A stretch of 64,000 nucleotides of DNA from Phoronis australis (lineage: Eukaryota; Animalia; Phoronida): contig NMRA01000233.1 of the NCBI GenBank assembly GCA_002633005.1, forward strand, positions 372,001 through 436,000. The letters are read 5' to 3'. Below the pieces are notes generated by a model that saw nothing but the letters and a program-made list of their open reading frames with translations, made no database searches and had not been told where the DNA came from. This document shows, one piece after another, positions 1 to 14,200 of this stretch. Positions within the stretch are counted from its first letter, which is position 1, and every line of letters begins with the position of its first letter. The translations under genes and the position numbers were made by a program.

Positions 1-88
1 AACTCAATAGAAACTGTTTCGTCTATCTAATTGTGTTACATGGCTATGCGTTTCACAAAACAATTTGACACCATTTTTACAGAGGAGT

Positions 89-351
89 CATGCGCGCACT
101 CAGGGGGGCTCAGGGGGGCTCCAACAACCCCCTTCCCCCTATTTGGCGGTGTGGGCAAAAATGGCCGCCACAGAGAAACAATAACTGCAAAAAAGTTAGG
201 AAACAAGACAAAAGTCCACTAAAAAGGCAAGAATAACCAAAATTCTGCGAAATCACAATTCATAGCTCTGAACTTACTCCGTGAATCTTAATAAAAGGTC
301 CAAATTCTCGAAATTCGAGGCCCCCCCTTTTTAGGCTGTGTGCATCACCAG
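89..351. mobile_element. Degenerate copy of the same hAT-like MITE family
   Basis: CATGCGCGCACTCAGG start; 3' half is the reverse complement of 23494-23640. Confidence 0.6.
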
Positions 352-1379
352 AAATTCGTGAACTAGGCCATCCGCAAGGTGGCGATCGTCGTGTAAGTGT
401 TAGCCAATCACAGCCTAGGTCAGAGGTCAGTTCCCTTGTTTTGCTATTTACACTCACTAAGGAGGTGATCGACAAGAATTGAAATTAACTTGAAAGTTTG
501 GTGGAATGTGATATTGATATCACAGAATCTAAACTACCGAAGCACGTCGAGACTGTGGGCGAGGAATTTCGGCAAGGTGAACGTGTCAAAGCTTGAGGAA
601 AATCGAAAACAGTGAGTATAAANACACCGAAAAATCTTCACCAATCTCTCCAATATTCAGCATAATGAATCCTTAGGGCTATGTTTTTCTCGCTAGCTAT
701 CGGCAAATTGCAGAGTTGTCTCCCCTAAATCAAAATTCCTCGGAAAACCCCTTCTTGTGTGCATTTCTGTGGGGGAATAGTTAGCTGCTGGCTGCGCATG
801 CGCACTGCCTATGTCAGATATTTCTGGCGTTGGCGCGCATGAGAGTTGTTCAACGTGAACCACTTTTCCAAAACACAGCTTCATTTCCCCCATCCGAGTA
901 CAAAATGTTTGGGGATTGGTCTAAGAATCTTGCAGATTTTTCTTTGAATTTTATCTTATTTTGGAATGATATCTCCATCACAACTGTGTTCGTCAAAACT
1001 TCGAAGCTTTTGCATGGTTCCGCCCACAGTTGCCGGTTTCATAAAATATACTAGGCTGTGATTGGTGAAACACCTTGATCTATCACTTACGGAAGCAGCC
1101 TCTGACACCGTTCTTTACGACACAAGCGTTGTTTTCAATGCATGCCTCCAACTTCGTTTCACACAAAACCCGCGAATTCTTAGTAGCTCCCTTGGAGCAC
1201 GTTCGTGAGTACAAACAGTCTGTAGACACTCTCGTCTCGCCAAGCTGTAAACACAGAACAGTATTAATAGCGAGCAATAGCCTCCTGAAGAACAGCAGTG
1301 GCAAATCAACACCATCTATACTTCCCAATATCCCCAGACGACACCCGTTTCACCTTAACATATACCCTCACGTCCTTTG

Positions 1380-1423
<44 letters not shown>

Positions 1424-1495
1424 GTGTATGTGTATGTGTATGTGTATGTATATATATGTATGTATGTATGTATATGTATATGTATATGTATATAT
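1380..1495. repeat. Compound microsatellite (CA)n(TA)n(TATGTG/TATG)n
   Basis: Direct inspection. Confidence 0.95.
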
Positions 1496-4072
1496 ACAAC
1501 CCTGTTGGCGACAGTTTTAACTCGGTCTTTTGGTTGGTTGGTTTGGTACGTCCATATGAAGGTAAACATTATTGGGGAGAGGGCATAAAACTAATTCGAC
1601 TTCGCCAGCTTCGGCTGTGAAATCTGATGAAGTACGTGGAGAAACAGCATTCATCTCGAAAAGAATAGATGGAACAACGTGTCGGAAACTACGGTTATAG
1701 TTTGTCTATTTCCGAGAGTAAAAATGAGGCCCAGGTTTGCTGAAATTTCTCTTATGAGGTACATTTTAAAAGAGTGTGATTACGCAGTCTTTTCAAAATC
1801 CCTTGATAGATATTGGCACCTGAGTTTCTAGAGGTTAACCACATTTCATCATCCAACGTCAAAATTCACCACAACACCAATTATTATTATTTCAGATTGG
1901 CAAAAATCCGATAGTGCACTTTGCTTTTCAGGGTAGGATGATAGAGATGTACCCGAATTTCAGCCTGCATCGAAGCTCAGCGAGGTATCATCAGTTCTTT
2001 ACAAAATGAACTAACATTAATCTAAGAATCAGTCGATTTTCGTACATAAGTATAGCGTGTAAATCTGAAGCTCTGCTGGTCACCATGTAGGCATGTAGAG
2101 CCGTCAAATGGCAACACAAAATAAAAACTTGAGCCACACACAACATGAATTTTGAGTTAATCACAGGTTGTTAAGTTAAAAATTGCCAGGTCTACACACT
2201 TTGAGCGAGGACACTGGTCCTGGTCATCAAAAATCATTACCGGCATCTTGACAGTCAGATCGACATAGTGAATTTCGTACGAATGACTCCCTCTTCATCA
2301 ATAATGCTTTTCCAATAATTATTTTCTAAGGAAACGCTATTTTTTGAAATTCTTTTGAAAAAGTTACCGATATTTTTTATTGTTATGAAACCACCAATAT
2401 CTTTGTGTAATTCATAAACAGTGGTCCTTATGTTCTTCTATCTTTCGATTTAGGTAAATCCTACTGTTTTATTAATTTTTTTGCTATTTTAATACGCTTT
2501 TGTTTATTTGGGCCATATATCGTGATGCTTCTGTGCTTCTTACGAACATATCATGTTGTTTACATCGCCATTTTGAATTTTTTCAACATCCCTCGCGAAC
2601 ACTTGACAGTGACAGGGGATTCCTTAATATGGAAGGCAGCTGCCCAAAATAATCTACATGTAATATGAAAGGCAGTATCATTTAAAAGAACTGCAAAATG
2701 ATAACAGTTCATTCCATCATTGGGTCATCTTACTTCCGTTATACAGTCACTTTCTCTAACATACGAGGGTTGTACGATTTCACGAGAACAGCAAAAGAGG
2801 TGAAACTGATTGCATCATTGATAACCCCTCTGCGAATGGCCACTCAAGAAAAATGATGGATTCCATAAAAGGGCCCGCGTCAAATACCCATATTTAGTAT
2901 CAAATTAAGAATAAGCAGAAAAGAGAGGCAGATAATTCCAACATCCCTTGCTAGAAAGGAGTATCTGCAAAAAAGCTTTGCATTTCTTGAAATTGTCTTC
3001 TTGACTTTAAAAATCTGAATCAATTAGCGCTGGGATATCTGTTCGTTACAACTTTTCTCGGAGTTCGTATGAACAAGAGCACGTTTTCAATTAAGGGTGA
3101 TCCATGCTGCAATTTTTGTGCCCTCTAACAAAATTTCCTGGGCCCTAAAACCCTAAATCCAGCATAGTTAAGCAATGCTTTCTTAAACATTCTCTCTTCT
3201 ACATGTTTTGCTGTGCTTTTCTCTTCTCGACTTCCCCTGCCTATGACCCTCACCCCTACAAGTTATCGGGGGCACGTACCCTTCCCCATTTCCTGCGTTC
3301 CTCCTTAGTGGGGGAAGGGGTAATGACCCCCCAACTTCACAGGTGAGGGACGCTCGCCTTTCTGCACCCCGCGTCCTACGCCCGTGATGTTCTTGTTCGG
3401 TCAAGTGGGTTCTTAAGAAGAACTATCTAGAGAAAAACTAGCAAAAATCGGGGACGCGTTCCGTAAACGCAAACCACTCACTTAGGAGTGAAAGCAATCA
3501 ACGATCCACCATGACCCAAAATTCCAATGACCAATCACTCCAGTGGGGGCCATTTACCTAGAACTCACGAGGAAGGTTCCAATGTTAGTTCTAAAACACT
3601 CGTGGGGTCTTTCATCATCTCAATTTTCTCGCAAAAATCACTTAGCTCTACAGAACGCAATACTTCTACCACTTATTACAATTTATTTCTGTACCTCTGT
3701 ACTATCAGATGAGTTACTTTGGAAATCAATGTTATGATGGATTAACAAGACTTGAAAACTCTACTGCTAACAGCGAAACACGGTGACATTTGGCAATTGG
3801 TGAGCGCCCACGAATAGTGTCAAATGTGTACGTGTTTATTTCGTTATTATGCACCAAGAGAGATTTCACTGGTTAATCTTTGACAGTTCCCCATTTGAAT
3901 ATGAATAGCTAAGGGTAAAAGTGCTTAACATGTCACAAAAGCTCATTTGCTATTGCTTATAGCAGTCTTCGTATGGAGGCCATGTTGAAATGGTTTGTGA
4001 TGTCGACTCCATTACTCAATGCGTAAAAGACTGTTAAATGCCGAACGAAATAATGCCGCCCAATTTATGTAC

Positions 4073-4269
4073 CTTGAAGTATTTTCCATCCATCGCGTAG
4101 CAACCACAGCTGTCTTTATGCACACAATTACCGCCCTCTCTGACGTAGCCAGGTGAACATTCACATCCCTCTTGGTCGGGTTCTCCACATTTTGGATCGG
4201 GATCAGCGCACGTTGCCGGGCAACCGGACATCTTCTCCTTGTAGACGCTGTTGCGTGGGCACTTAAGTG
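4073..4269 (-). CDS. Exon 10: TIL domain
   Basis: [56 protein letters not shown]. Confidence 0.95.
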
Positions 4270-5179
4270 CTGTCGAGAAACATGAAAATGTTAGATCACA
4301 GCCATTTCACTGATTACCATAGGCGAAAAGACTGTTTATTACCATTGTCAATGAGCATGAAGGTTTTCAGCTGATACTGATGAAACAGACATATAGCAAA
4401 TCATAGATAGTTACGTCTGCAGTCAGAAAATATTTTGTGTATCAACTGAAATTACCGGAGGTCATTTTGCATGGAGTTTGCCGATTAACTCAGCAAATAC
4501 AAGTCAAATCTATTGTAAATGTATTAAAAATTCCTTTAAATTCTTTGAATGTTATACGTACGACAGTTGCCTGCTTTTCTCCAAAGAACGTCCACTCCAG
4601 TCTCTTTACATTTTTTAGCTAACAGCTCTAAAGCTTCGCACTGTGAACCGATCTTCACTTTTTTGAGGTTGTCTTTCATTCCGCAAATGTCGAAGATGCA
4701 GTTTCTATGTTCAGCCTCTGCATGTTCCATTATCTTGGGATTTTTAGCAAGACAATCAGCGAAGGGTCCTAAAATGAACAGATGACGTATATTGTTAATG
4801 CACACATTGCTTATATACACGCGTCGTGTAGTTGCCAAACATAACGGCAGTTAGACGGTCCGGGATAGAAATCTCCTTCGTCCAGTGGGTAGGAAAACCC
4901 GTTGCTATATTAGCCTCGTTTTAGTATTGCCAGGCTGATTCTAGGAATGATGATCATTTTTGCGCAATTTCTGCAACTTGACTTGTCTTTTAACATCAAG
5001 CCTGACTACCATTTATATTGCCAGGAAATGGTCAGAATATCACAGTCACTTAACAATCGCGACTGGCTTCAATTCAAATGCTTGATATGTGCAGTAGGTC
5101 TTCTGATCAAAGTGTTAATCAGCTGATTAAAAAATCATTAAAACGAAACTCAAGGTCACGAATTGTGTTCACTGGGGGG

Positions 5180-5230
<51 letters not shown>

Positions 5231-8200
5231 AATGAACTGTGACTCCCGCAATTAGCAACTTTGTGCATAGGCACTTTACATTCCTGCCTTCAATTTCTTC
5301 GTTGCCGCCGTTTCTGAGTTGTGTGTGTGTGTAAACGGTCGCTTGACACCAATCATCTTGTGCCGTGTCAGTTGCGCCGTGTCAAAATTTAATTTCTATA
5401 CGGGACTATATACTTACGAGTAATTAACGTAACAAAACACGCCCCTGGTATTGCCCCTAATTGATATTTAAGTAAATCTTGGGATTTTCTAAAACAAAAG
5501 CTCAATTGTCACAAGAAAAAAAATTGTATACGCATGCAATCGACAATGCGTTAAAACCGAACATGTCTTCAGCTGAAGAAATTTGATGTTGACCCTTTAC
5601 CGAAATAAGATTGATCTGGTCAAGTTTCGTTCTAAGATGAGCAGTGGTTTCTGGATTTGAGAAGAATTAACAGTTCATAATTCGGGGATTTCATCTACGG
5701 CAGAACTTACTCACAAGCGGCGCTAGTGGTCGTTTTTCAACTGCATAGTGGAACGGCTTGTAAACACCAGCTCACTGAACATTTGGAGGCGTATAGGAGT
5801 GTTTAATGTGACACGTCTGCCACTATTGTGAGGTTATTTGGACCCGAAAGGAATACCAATCCAAAGTTACATCACATTTTCAAAAACTGTGGAGCTTTTT
5901 TTCCATTCAGGTAACCACGGGGCATTTAGCAATTGAAACATTAAGAAAAATTAAATATTAATCAGTGTGCACCGACAGCAATTGCACCTATTGTATGGTC
6001 CCGGGGGTTTGAGGATTACATGCAGGATTTGACAGGTCTACATCTAGGTAATTATTTACAAAATATTTGGTAATTTGCTGCGCTACCATGTGAATCTCGC
6101 CTTGTTATTATCATTCTTTTTAATTTCAATTGCCTGGGTCGAAACCGCAAAATGACGTCATGCTGAACAGTCACATGAACCTGGGTTGCGCGTTCCGTAG
6201 ACGCATGAATTTATCTAGTAAAGGTAATGTGATCACGTACTTTTCTTGGGAAGCATGGCGATATCTCTTGAAGTCATGCATAACCATGCGTTTTCGCATT
6301 GCTTGGCTCTAAGGAACGCAGACCTGGCGTTTTAGGGGGTGAGGTTCAAATTCAGAGTGATCAGATGATGCGTGCCTCGAGAAACTTTCACGCAAAAGAT
6401 TTGCTGAACGTTTACTGTAGCATAATGGCGAATTCGGGCAAGTAGTGAATTTGATACATTTGTATGATTTTTGCGTCGTAATACTCGCATTTTAAAGCAT
6501 ATTGCATATTCAATTACTGTGAACTGATATTGGTTATAAATCACCACGTTTTCTGTAATATCACCGGATGTTTACGAGCTGACATCCCATATGCACTTGA
6601 AAAAGGACAGCAACGCCATGGATGAAATCCCCCGGAATAGGGCCGTCCCAGATTACGCAGCGATAGAACTCTCTTTTTTCCCCGGAGGTAAGAAAGCGTG
6701 TGACATCGTTTTGGAGATCAGGCATATGTTTGTGATTATGTGGTTGGCAAAGAATTTCAGATCACGTATCTACGGTTGTTTGTCCAGTTTATCAAACTAT
6801 CTCACCTCGGAGTTGCAGTCCACAGCACAGCAGTAATATTTCGTTGGTAAGAAGCACGGAAAGAGTAATGCAACCGAGGAACATTGATAAAGAATCAGAC
6901 AACAAATAACATGTGAAACGCCAGTGGCACGAAAACGAGGCACCAATGTGCCTCAGGCTGACAGGTGTTTACGGCACTGTGAGTAAATACAGCAAGATTC
7001 GAGTGTCGCTGTGTAATCAGGGACGGCGATTGAGATCATGCTCCGCAAAAAAAATAGCTTAACTCGCCGTGACAAGCCAATTTTTCAGCCCAGATCTCCT
7101 ACAATAACGAGCTGTTTGATTCTCCCAAGCCCAGATACCACAAGTAATCTAATTAAGGAACATGCTGATACCAGTTTTAAAACAATACGTGGCTTAAAAC
7201 AAAAGTTGCAATGTTGACGGAAGGCGAACTTATTACTGCAAACTCTTTGTAGACACTGTTAGCACTAACAGCAGAACCTCGTAAATATCAACTGATTTAA
7301 CATCGGTTAGAACACGTACCCTTCTTCCAGACAAACAGTCCACAGTAGTTCGTAGACTTGGCCAACTTCATTACACGAGCGGAACAATTCACTTTATCAG
7401 CTTTCTCGTATTCCTTGATTCGTTCTTCTATTATTTTGTTTGCAACCTCAATAGCCCCTGGGGTTCCTTTCGGTACAGGTCGGCACCTGTTAGACGCATA
7501 AACATTATGCAAATAACAGAAACAGTATTTTGTCAACAGGTACATTCGTGGAACCGTGACAATTGTATAAATTGCTAGGAATACTCTCAAAAAAGAAAAA
7601 CTGAGGAAACGATAACGAAACAAAAGTCACCATGTGCCCTCTTGACGAGAGCAGGACCGTTATCTAAATTATATAAAATATCCATAGCAAGCAGGAAAAT
7701 TTCGACGAGAAATGTGATAGGTGAAGCTGAATTTGGCCCTGTTTAGCTGGCTCAAAAACAAAACTTAAATTACGTATTTTACTCTCATAAAATCGGTCTC
7801 ATGATATGCCTTACAGTAACAAGATTTTGTTTCCGTTACCAACAAGACCATCGAAAACACCAGCAACTCAAGAAAGCGCATCAGAGTTCATAAGAGGTTG
7901 GTTAACTCTAGAATTGAGAATTAAGCCCCAGTCCCATATAGGTACCAAAACACCGTCCACGGATCTCATCCGGCACGATCTGGCGTGTGAACCGTGCAGC
8001 CGCCAGAATGGTCCGCCGCGATCCCTATTGCTCCGGGAGCCCTACATGGCATTTTTTTTAATTTCAAAACTGCCGTGTTAGTAAGTAACGGTGCGGGCAG
8101 GGTGCAACATCAGAGGTGGTTCGTGTAACCATCGTGTAAGGTCCGGAGCGGCTGTAGCTCTGCCTCCATTCTCCGTGTGAGTCATTGCAGTCCGGGGTCT

Positions 8201-11200
8201 GTCCTCCGTACCTTACACGGCGGCAACACGGAACATGTGTTAGATTTTCAGGGCTAACATCACGAATCAACGCGGAGCTACTCCGGAGGAAGAGGGTGCC
8301 AACACGGACAAACACAACGGAAAGACCGTGAATACATAGACTAGCATAAAAGTTTGTCCGGATTCGTCCGTGTAGCTTCCGTGTTGCCACCGGCGTGGCG
8401 GTCGTTGGACGACCTTCGATGGTCGAAAACCCTAAAATGAGCACGAAACAGTTCGGATCTTGAACTGACGAGACCCAGCACTTTCCGAGACGGCCGTATT
8501 CATCCGTGCTTATATGGAACTGGGGTTTTACATGTGACTTCAGTTAAGTTGCCGGCTCATTCGGCTACAGTTCAAGAGCGGGTAAGTGTGGTAATGTTTC
8601 AAATCCCAAAGAACTTGATTTAAGAATTCAGCATTGACAGCTAAACCGAGGCGAAATACAGCTTTAATCGGTCCATTCGCTCTGGAGATGTCGCCTATGA
8701 CTGCACGAAAATGTACAATACGCACTCTTGTAGTTTACTGTACTTGTCGGGTACAAGCCAGCTTTCACCAACTTCTGCGTATTGCTGGTGTCTTGAAAGA
8801 TGCGAGACGTCAAAATTTTCTTTCGTAACCATATCGTTCTGAAAGGAATATGAAGAACAATGTACTTCACAAATCGTGCGAAATCAATTCCCGGAGGAAA
8901 AGACAATCTGAAACCCGCCGCACACGAACACGAACTGACTCACCTCAGTAGATGAATGAAGGTGCTGTGAGACAAACAATGTCGTCTGTGAAGTCGGCAA
9001 CAGTTTATGACCCAACGCAGCTCAACTGACGTAATAAAAGTATAACGCCAAACAGTAATATTTAAATCGTTACTACAACACCAGTTGGTTTGAAATGGGT
9101 GTCGTCGTCTGCGATGTCCAGCCGTTATTCGGGAAGAGGTGGGGACTATACAAATGTTATGAGTCGCGGCGGTTTTCATAATACCAAACTAATAAGAACG
9201 CAATGTATGTAGTACGCAATGAAAAAGAAAAAGATTGTTGACGTAATATAATTTATCTATTAAAGGGACATAAACTGTAAGCAGGAAGAAAAGCAATTTC
9301 ATTTCTGAAGTCAGCCTCAGCGCGGAATAGAACCTGGAATGCCTACAGTCACAACGGAATGTTCTGCTATCCGACCTAAACCCCAATTGAAAGGTGATAG
9401 AGTATTTGAATCATATTCAACTGATAAGGACACTCAGGCCTTGATTTCACCAAATATCTGGTAGACAACTGTGAGAATTGTCAACTGGTAGTAAAATCAG
9501 AAAAGCAGAACGGATTTTGTGGTTTCACAACTCTGACTAAAGGTGATACTGCAACTTCAAGAAGCCAATACTATCCAACAATGATGTCAAAATGCGCATT
9601 TCGCCCATAAAGCCGACAATGTCCCTTTGAAGTAACCCTATCGGTGAGAAAAGTGATTGGCTGATTCGAACCGGTAACATTCACGATTTCAGAAAACGCT
9701 TTGCTGAAGACATCAATACTTTAAGCGTATGTAACTAGCAAAGTCACGGAACTTAATATTGTTTCATAACTATTATTAAAGCTAATAGATTCAGAAAGTT
9801 TTTCCCATCCAATAACAATCCAGACATAAGTTTTCGTCCGTAAAAACATTAGTCTATTCAATAGGGTGTCCGAAAATGTAATCACACAAAAACAATAACT
9901 GGATTATTTATTGACTTAGGAACAAGACCACTTGTTTAAATTTACAAAGAAGTGACCCAAAACAAATCAAGCCTTTAAACCAAAATAAATTCTTTTATTA
10001 ATTAATAACTTGGGAAGACGACTAATTACATTTGGACTTCCATGACGTTTTGAGTTTCCAGTTGCATTGTGGGATAAGTTTTCTTTCTCTAAACGTAAAT
10101 AATTTGTCGTTCCCTTGGGTACAGAGCACGTGATGGCTTACGCGTATACTTTCATAACAAGTATATCTGTACAAAATCTGTTCCACGGGAACTGAGCTTG
10201 AGCTCCCTGCGTTTGGGAACTGAACGTGAAGTCTCGGCGTTTTACTGATGTGTGAATACATTTTAGGGTAGCCTTTATACAAAAATAGTGCAAGAAATGC
10301 GTCTATGTAACATTTTCTTTCTTCCAAAACCTTATAATTCCTTCAAAACATTCATTTAATTGATTCAATTTTAATCTGACTAAACTAAAACTCTGCAGAC
10401 GTAGTTACCTCTTTATTTCCGTCGTAATTGCCGCAGATACCACACAGTTCTCGTTTATATCGTCCAGGGATATGGATGTCGACTCGCATCGACTTGAAGG
10501 TCACCAACAGACCAAAATCTGTCGTAACTCGTGTCCTCTCCTGTGCGTCTTTGTCTACATAGAAGAAGCGTTCGTTGCCCATGCCGGTATCAATTAACGA
10601 ATACTTGAATGGGCTTTCTTGCTCCTCGCCGTCAACCTGGAAACAGTGAGCAGCTTGCATGGGTCATCCGTGCAGTCACTGAGTAACAGCTGTATGGTCT
10701 CCCCTTCTCCCTCGTCTTTTCCCTTCCAAGCCCCCCTTCCTTCCTCCCTCCCACCCTTCCGCCCTCTCTCCCTCCCCCTCTCCACCCCTCCCCCCCTCGC
10801 TGTTTCCCTCTCTCCCTCTTTCATGCCCTATCTCTGTGATGCTCTAACACGGTGACAACGCAGAGGCGCTGCATATCCGAAAGCGTACTTCCAGTTAGAA
10901 TCCCTTAGTTCGGGTTTCCCTGTGAACTAAGTAGGCTTGAAATATGATGACTTAGGGAACGTCACATATACAATGAGTTGTGAGAAATCGACCATTCCCA
11001 GTATGTAGAAGAGCTATAGTTACAACCAACATTGAAAGAAATTTCACAGATTTGTAATAGGGCTTGTTTAAGCATAAGGTTTCCCAATCTCTGAATCAAC
11101 TCAACCTATTTGGCGGAACTTAAGTATCTTTGTAAACGCACCGTGAAACTTCCGTCCGATTCGATGCGGATAAGCCTGTTGTACACTATAACCTCGACAG

Positions 11201-14200
11201 CCTTCGTGCAACTTGGAGTTATCTTCTTCTTTCTCCTATTGTTGCAGACCATGTTGTCTCCTCGAACCTCGAAATAAGCGTTGCCGTTGTCAGCACATGC
11301 TTTAGCCAAAACGTATTTGCACTTCCCCATGAAATGGATCCACTTACCGTCGCACGTTTTGTAGTGAGGGTCGCCCGAGCCGGTGCACACGCACTCTTCC
11401 TCTGCAACAGGCGGCATTGGTTTTGTTATCACTTTTCCAAACAACCAGCAATACACAGATGTTGATCCAATGCTTATAGTTGTTTACATTACGTAGAAAC
11501 ACGGAATGTTACTTGGCTAGTATGGTTTTGGTTGTTTCACTATTAAACGACCACACACATAGGTATCTGAGTGACAAACGAAAGCTAAAAGGTATAATCC
11601 TGGACTTTCTCTAACTGCACGTGTGAATTAAAAAGGGTATTCCATCCACTCGCTGGCATAATTGTGTGCATGCAAATATGGGAATAGCTGCTGATATCAA
11701 TGACCTGACAAAGAATTTGGTCTTGCCCAGAATTGACTAAACAAAGAAAATATGACTTAGGTCTACAAACGCACTCGGGATACATGTATGTTCAGCAGTC
11801 GATTACAAAAAGAACTGAACTGCCGTAGACATACCAGCCCTCAATGTTGGTTGCCTGTGAATGACGTCACAGGACAAGATAAAAGAGCTTTTGCATATAG
11901 AACGCGTTTCAGAGGCAAAACTAGCATAAAAATGGTTTTGATCTTCGTCGGACTCATTTTGAAATCTGCGCTTCGTGTGTGGCGGCGGGTAAGAAAGAAG
12001 CATTGCAACACATATCAACTGACATCAGGTGGCGTTGAGGGTGAAAAAAGAAAGAAGGACCCCAGCTCGTTTCAGAAGGCATCGGTGAGTCGCAGCGTCA
12101 CCTCAGGTGACTCGGACAAAAAAAGAAGATCGTGACGCATTTCACCGAGCTGGCATCAAGTGACTTTTTTCTTTTGGAAATATGGACAACTAAAAAGTGC
12201 CCCATTGTCACAATTTGGAAAAAAAGCTCAAACCAGAACCAATAGTGCTATTTTTCGTGCATGAGTCATGCAACTTCTCAAATAGTACACCGTTTGAGTG
12301 CTTCATTATATCCTCGTGCGACGCCATCATTTAAAACTGTTGCTTTACTCCATGTACTGTACTTGGAACCCTTTGCTTTGATTCATTAACACGACGAACT
12401 AGAATTCCTGATTACAAATGATAGCATTGTGGACCGGAACACCTGAGCATTTTCGTAGTCTGAAATTGATTTTCATGGGTGTTTCGCATTTGCACATGCG
12501 TGGACATATCAGTCATACCATAAGTCATTTGACATTCGAACTGGAGGATGATTGGTCTTAATTGTCTTATTACTGAAGTTCGCACATGCACAGAGATGAA
12601 ACACATCCAAGGATAAATTTGAGGTTATGAAATTACTTGAAGTACTCCGGATGTATTCATTGATTACTTCAACGAGAGGACTCACCACCGTTAAATTAAT
12701 TCATCGGCCTCTAACTTGAATTTGCGATTTAGTAACTAACGCAGCGTAGGACTCTGAAAGTAGTTGATCTAAGGTTCACAACAGCAAACGAGCTCAGTTG
12801 TGGAAGAAATTGATGATATTGCATTGATACGAACATTGATTTGGCTTGTGCCATATAGTTTATTTCAGCAACTTGCTTACCTGGACATGCGTACTGCGCC
12901 ATTTTGTTCTTAATGGTCTCAAGGCCTTCAAAGTCGTTCACCATGTGAACATAGGTAGGAGATGGTGATGACGCAATCAACATCAACTCGTCCGAGAGCT
13001 CACGTCCGCCTCCAATACCGATGGCAAATGTGGTAATCTTTGGCTCCAGGTTGTGATTGAGCTTGGCTTCAACTTTGGTTTTCATAGCGTTTGTACTCTT
13101 TCCTGAAATGGGAACGTGTTGTTTTTAAAGCTGTATCATGCCTCGATAGGACAATATTATTGAATTTAATAGCACACTTGTCTCTACTTTTGCGATTTTT
13201 TAAAAGTGAATATAGAGTAGCACTAGATCCGATTACACCAGACCTAACTTGGCAAGTGAGGTCAAAATACGAATGCTTAATAAATGATAGCTAAAACAAA
13301 ATGGAGTGCGTAGTCCTTGACATAAATGAAAAAAGGTGACCATGCTTACCATCTGTGATGACAATAGCAATTCGAGGAACCTTTTTTCGAGCAATCAACA
13401 ATAATTTCCGAATTTCAGCCAACGCCTTGTCGGTGTGCGTTGTTTTTCTCATGTAATCCATATTCTCCAGAGCCTTCAAAACTTCGCCCATGTTGTCGGA
13501 GAGTTTGATCTCGACGTGGACCTCATGGGAGAAGGACAAAATTGCAACTCGTATGAGATCAGCACCAAGCGTGAAAGACTTGATTAGCCCTTTTACGAAC
13601 TCCTTAAGCTTTCCGAAGTTTTTCGGGCCAATGCTTCCGGATGCGTCAAGGACAAAAAGGACTTCTGCCTCACTTCTGCACACCTCTGTAAAGAAAGAAA
13701 AGTGAAAATGGGAGTAAAATACGCCTTTATGCTTTGTGGAAAAACATACGGAGTCATTGTAACTCTTGAAGTTGGTCAAAGGTCCTTTCAGGGAACACGA
13801 CCTAGGGTTTATCGCTTTGACCAGAAAAACTTCAGTTCTTGTTGTTCTGGTGTGACCAGAAAGACAACCACAGGGCGGCTATGATGCTTTTCCAAAAATA
13901 CTGATTGATGAGAAAATATTAAAGTTGTATTTCGGCCTGTCTCCCTAGCAAAACAAAAGTTGAATCTGACCTTTCACTCTCATCAAATCGGTCTCATAAT
14001 ATTCCTCACCGCGATAGGATTCCATTTGCGTTCCCAATGAATCAAGTCAAGCAGTGCGTCATTTTCGAATTCGCGGGTTTGTGCCTGTCAACCCCAATAA
14101 ACGCTATTGGTAACGAAAATAGAATCCTGTCACCATAAGGAACCTCAAGACACCAATTTATGAGTGTAAAAGGCTGGCTCATTCAGTTTTCGTTTTTAGC

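Noticed and set aside
404-1065. Inverted 15-bp motif CCAATCACAGCCTAG and patchy fold-back similarity
   Set aside because: Probably an old MITE, but ends and TSD could not be defined
1298-1588. YIYVYV-type ORFs
   Set aside because: Microsatellite translation
10029-10087. Alternative phase 0->2 exon between vWD exons 6 and 8
   Set aside because: Translation lacks vWD features, whereas 8726-8838 gives the expected ND...GESW.V
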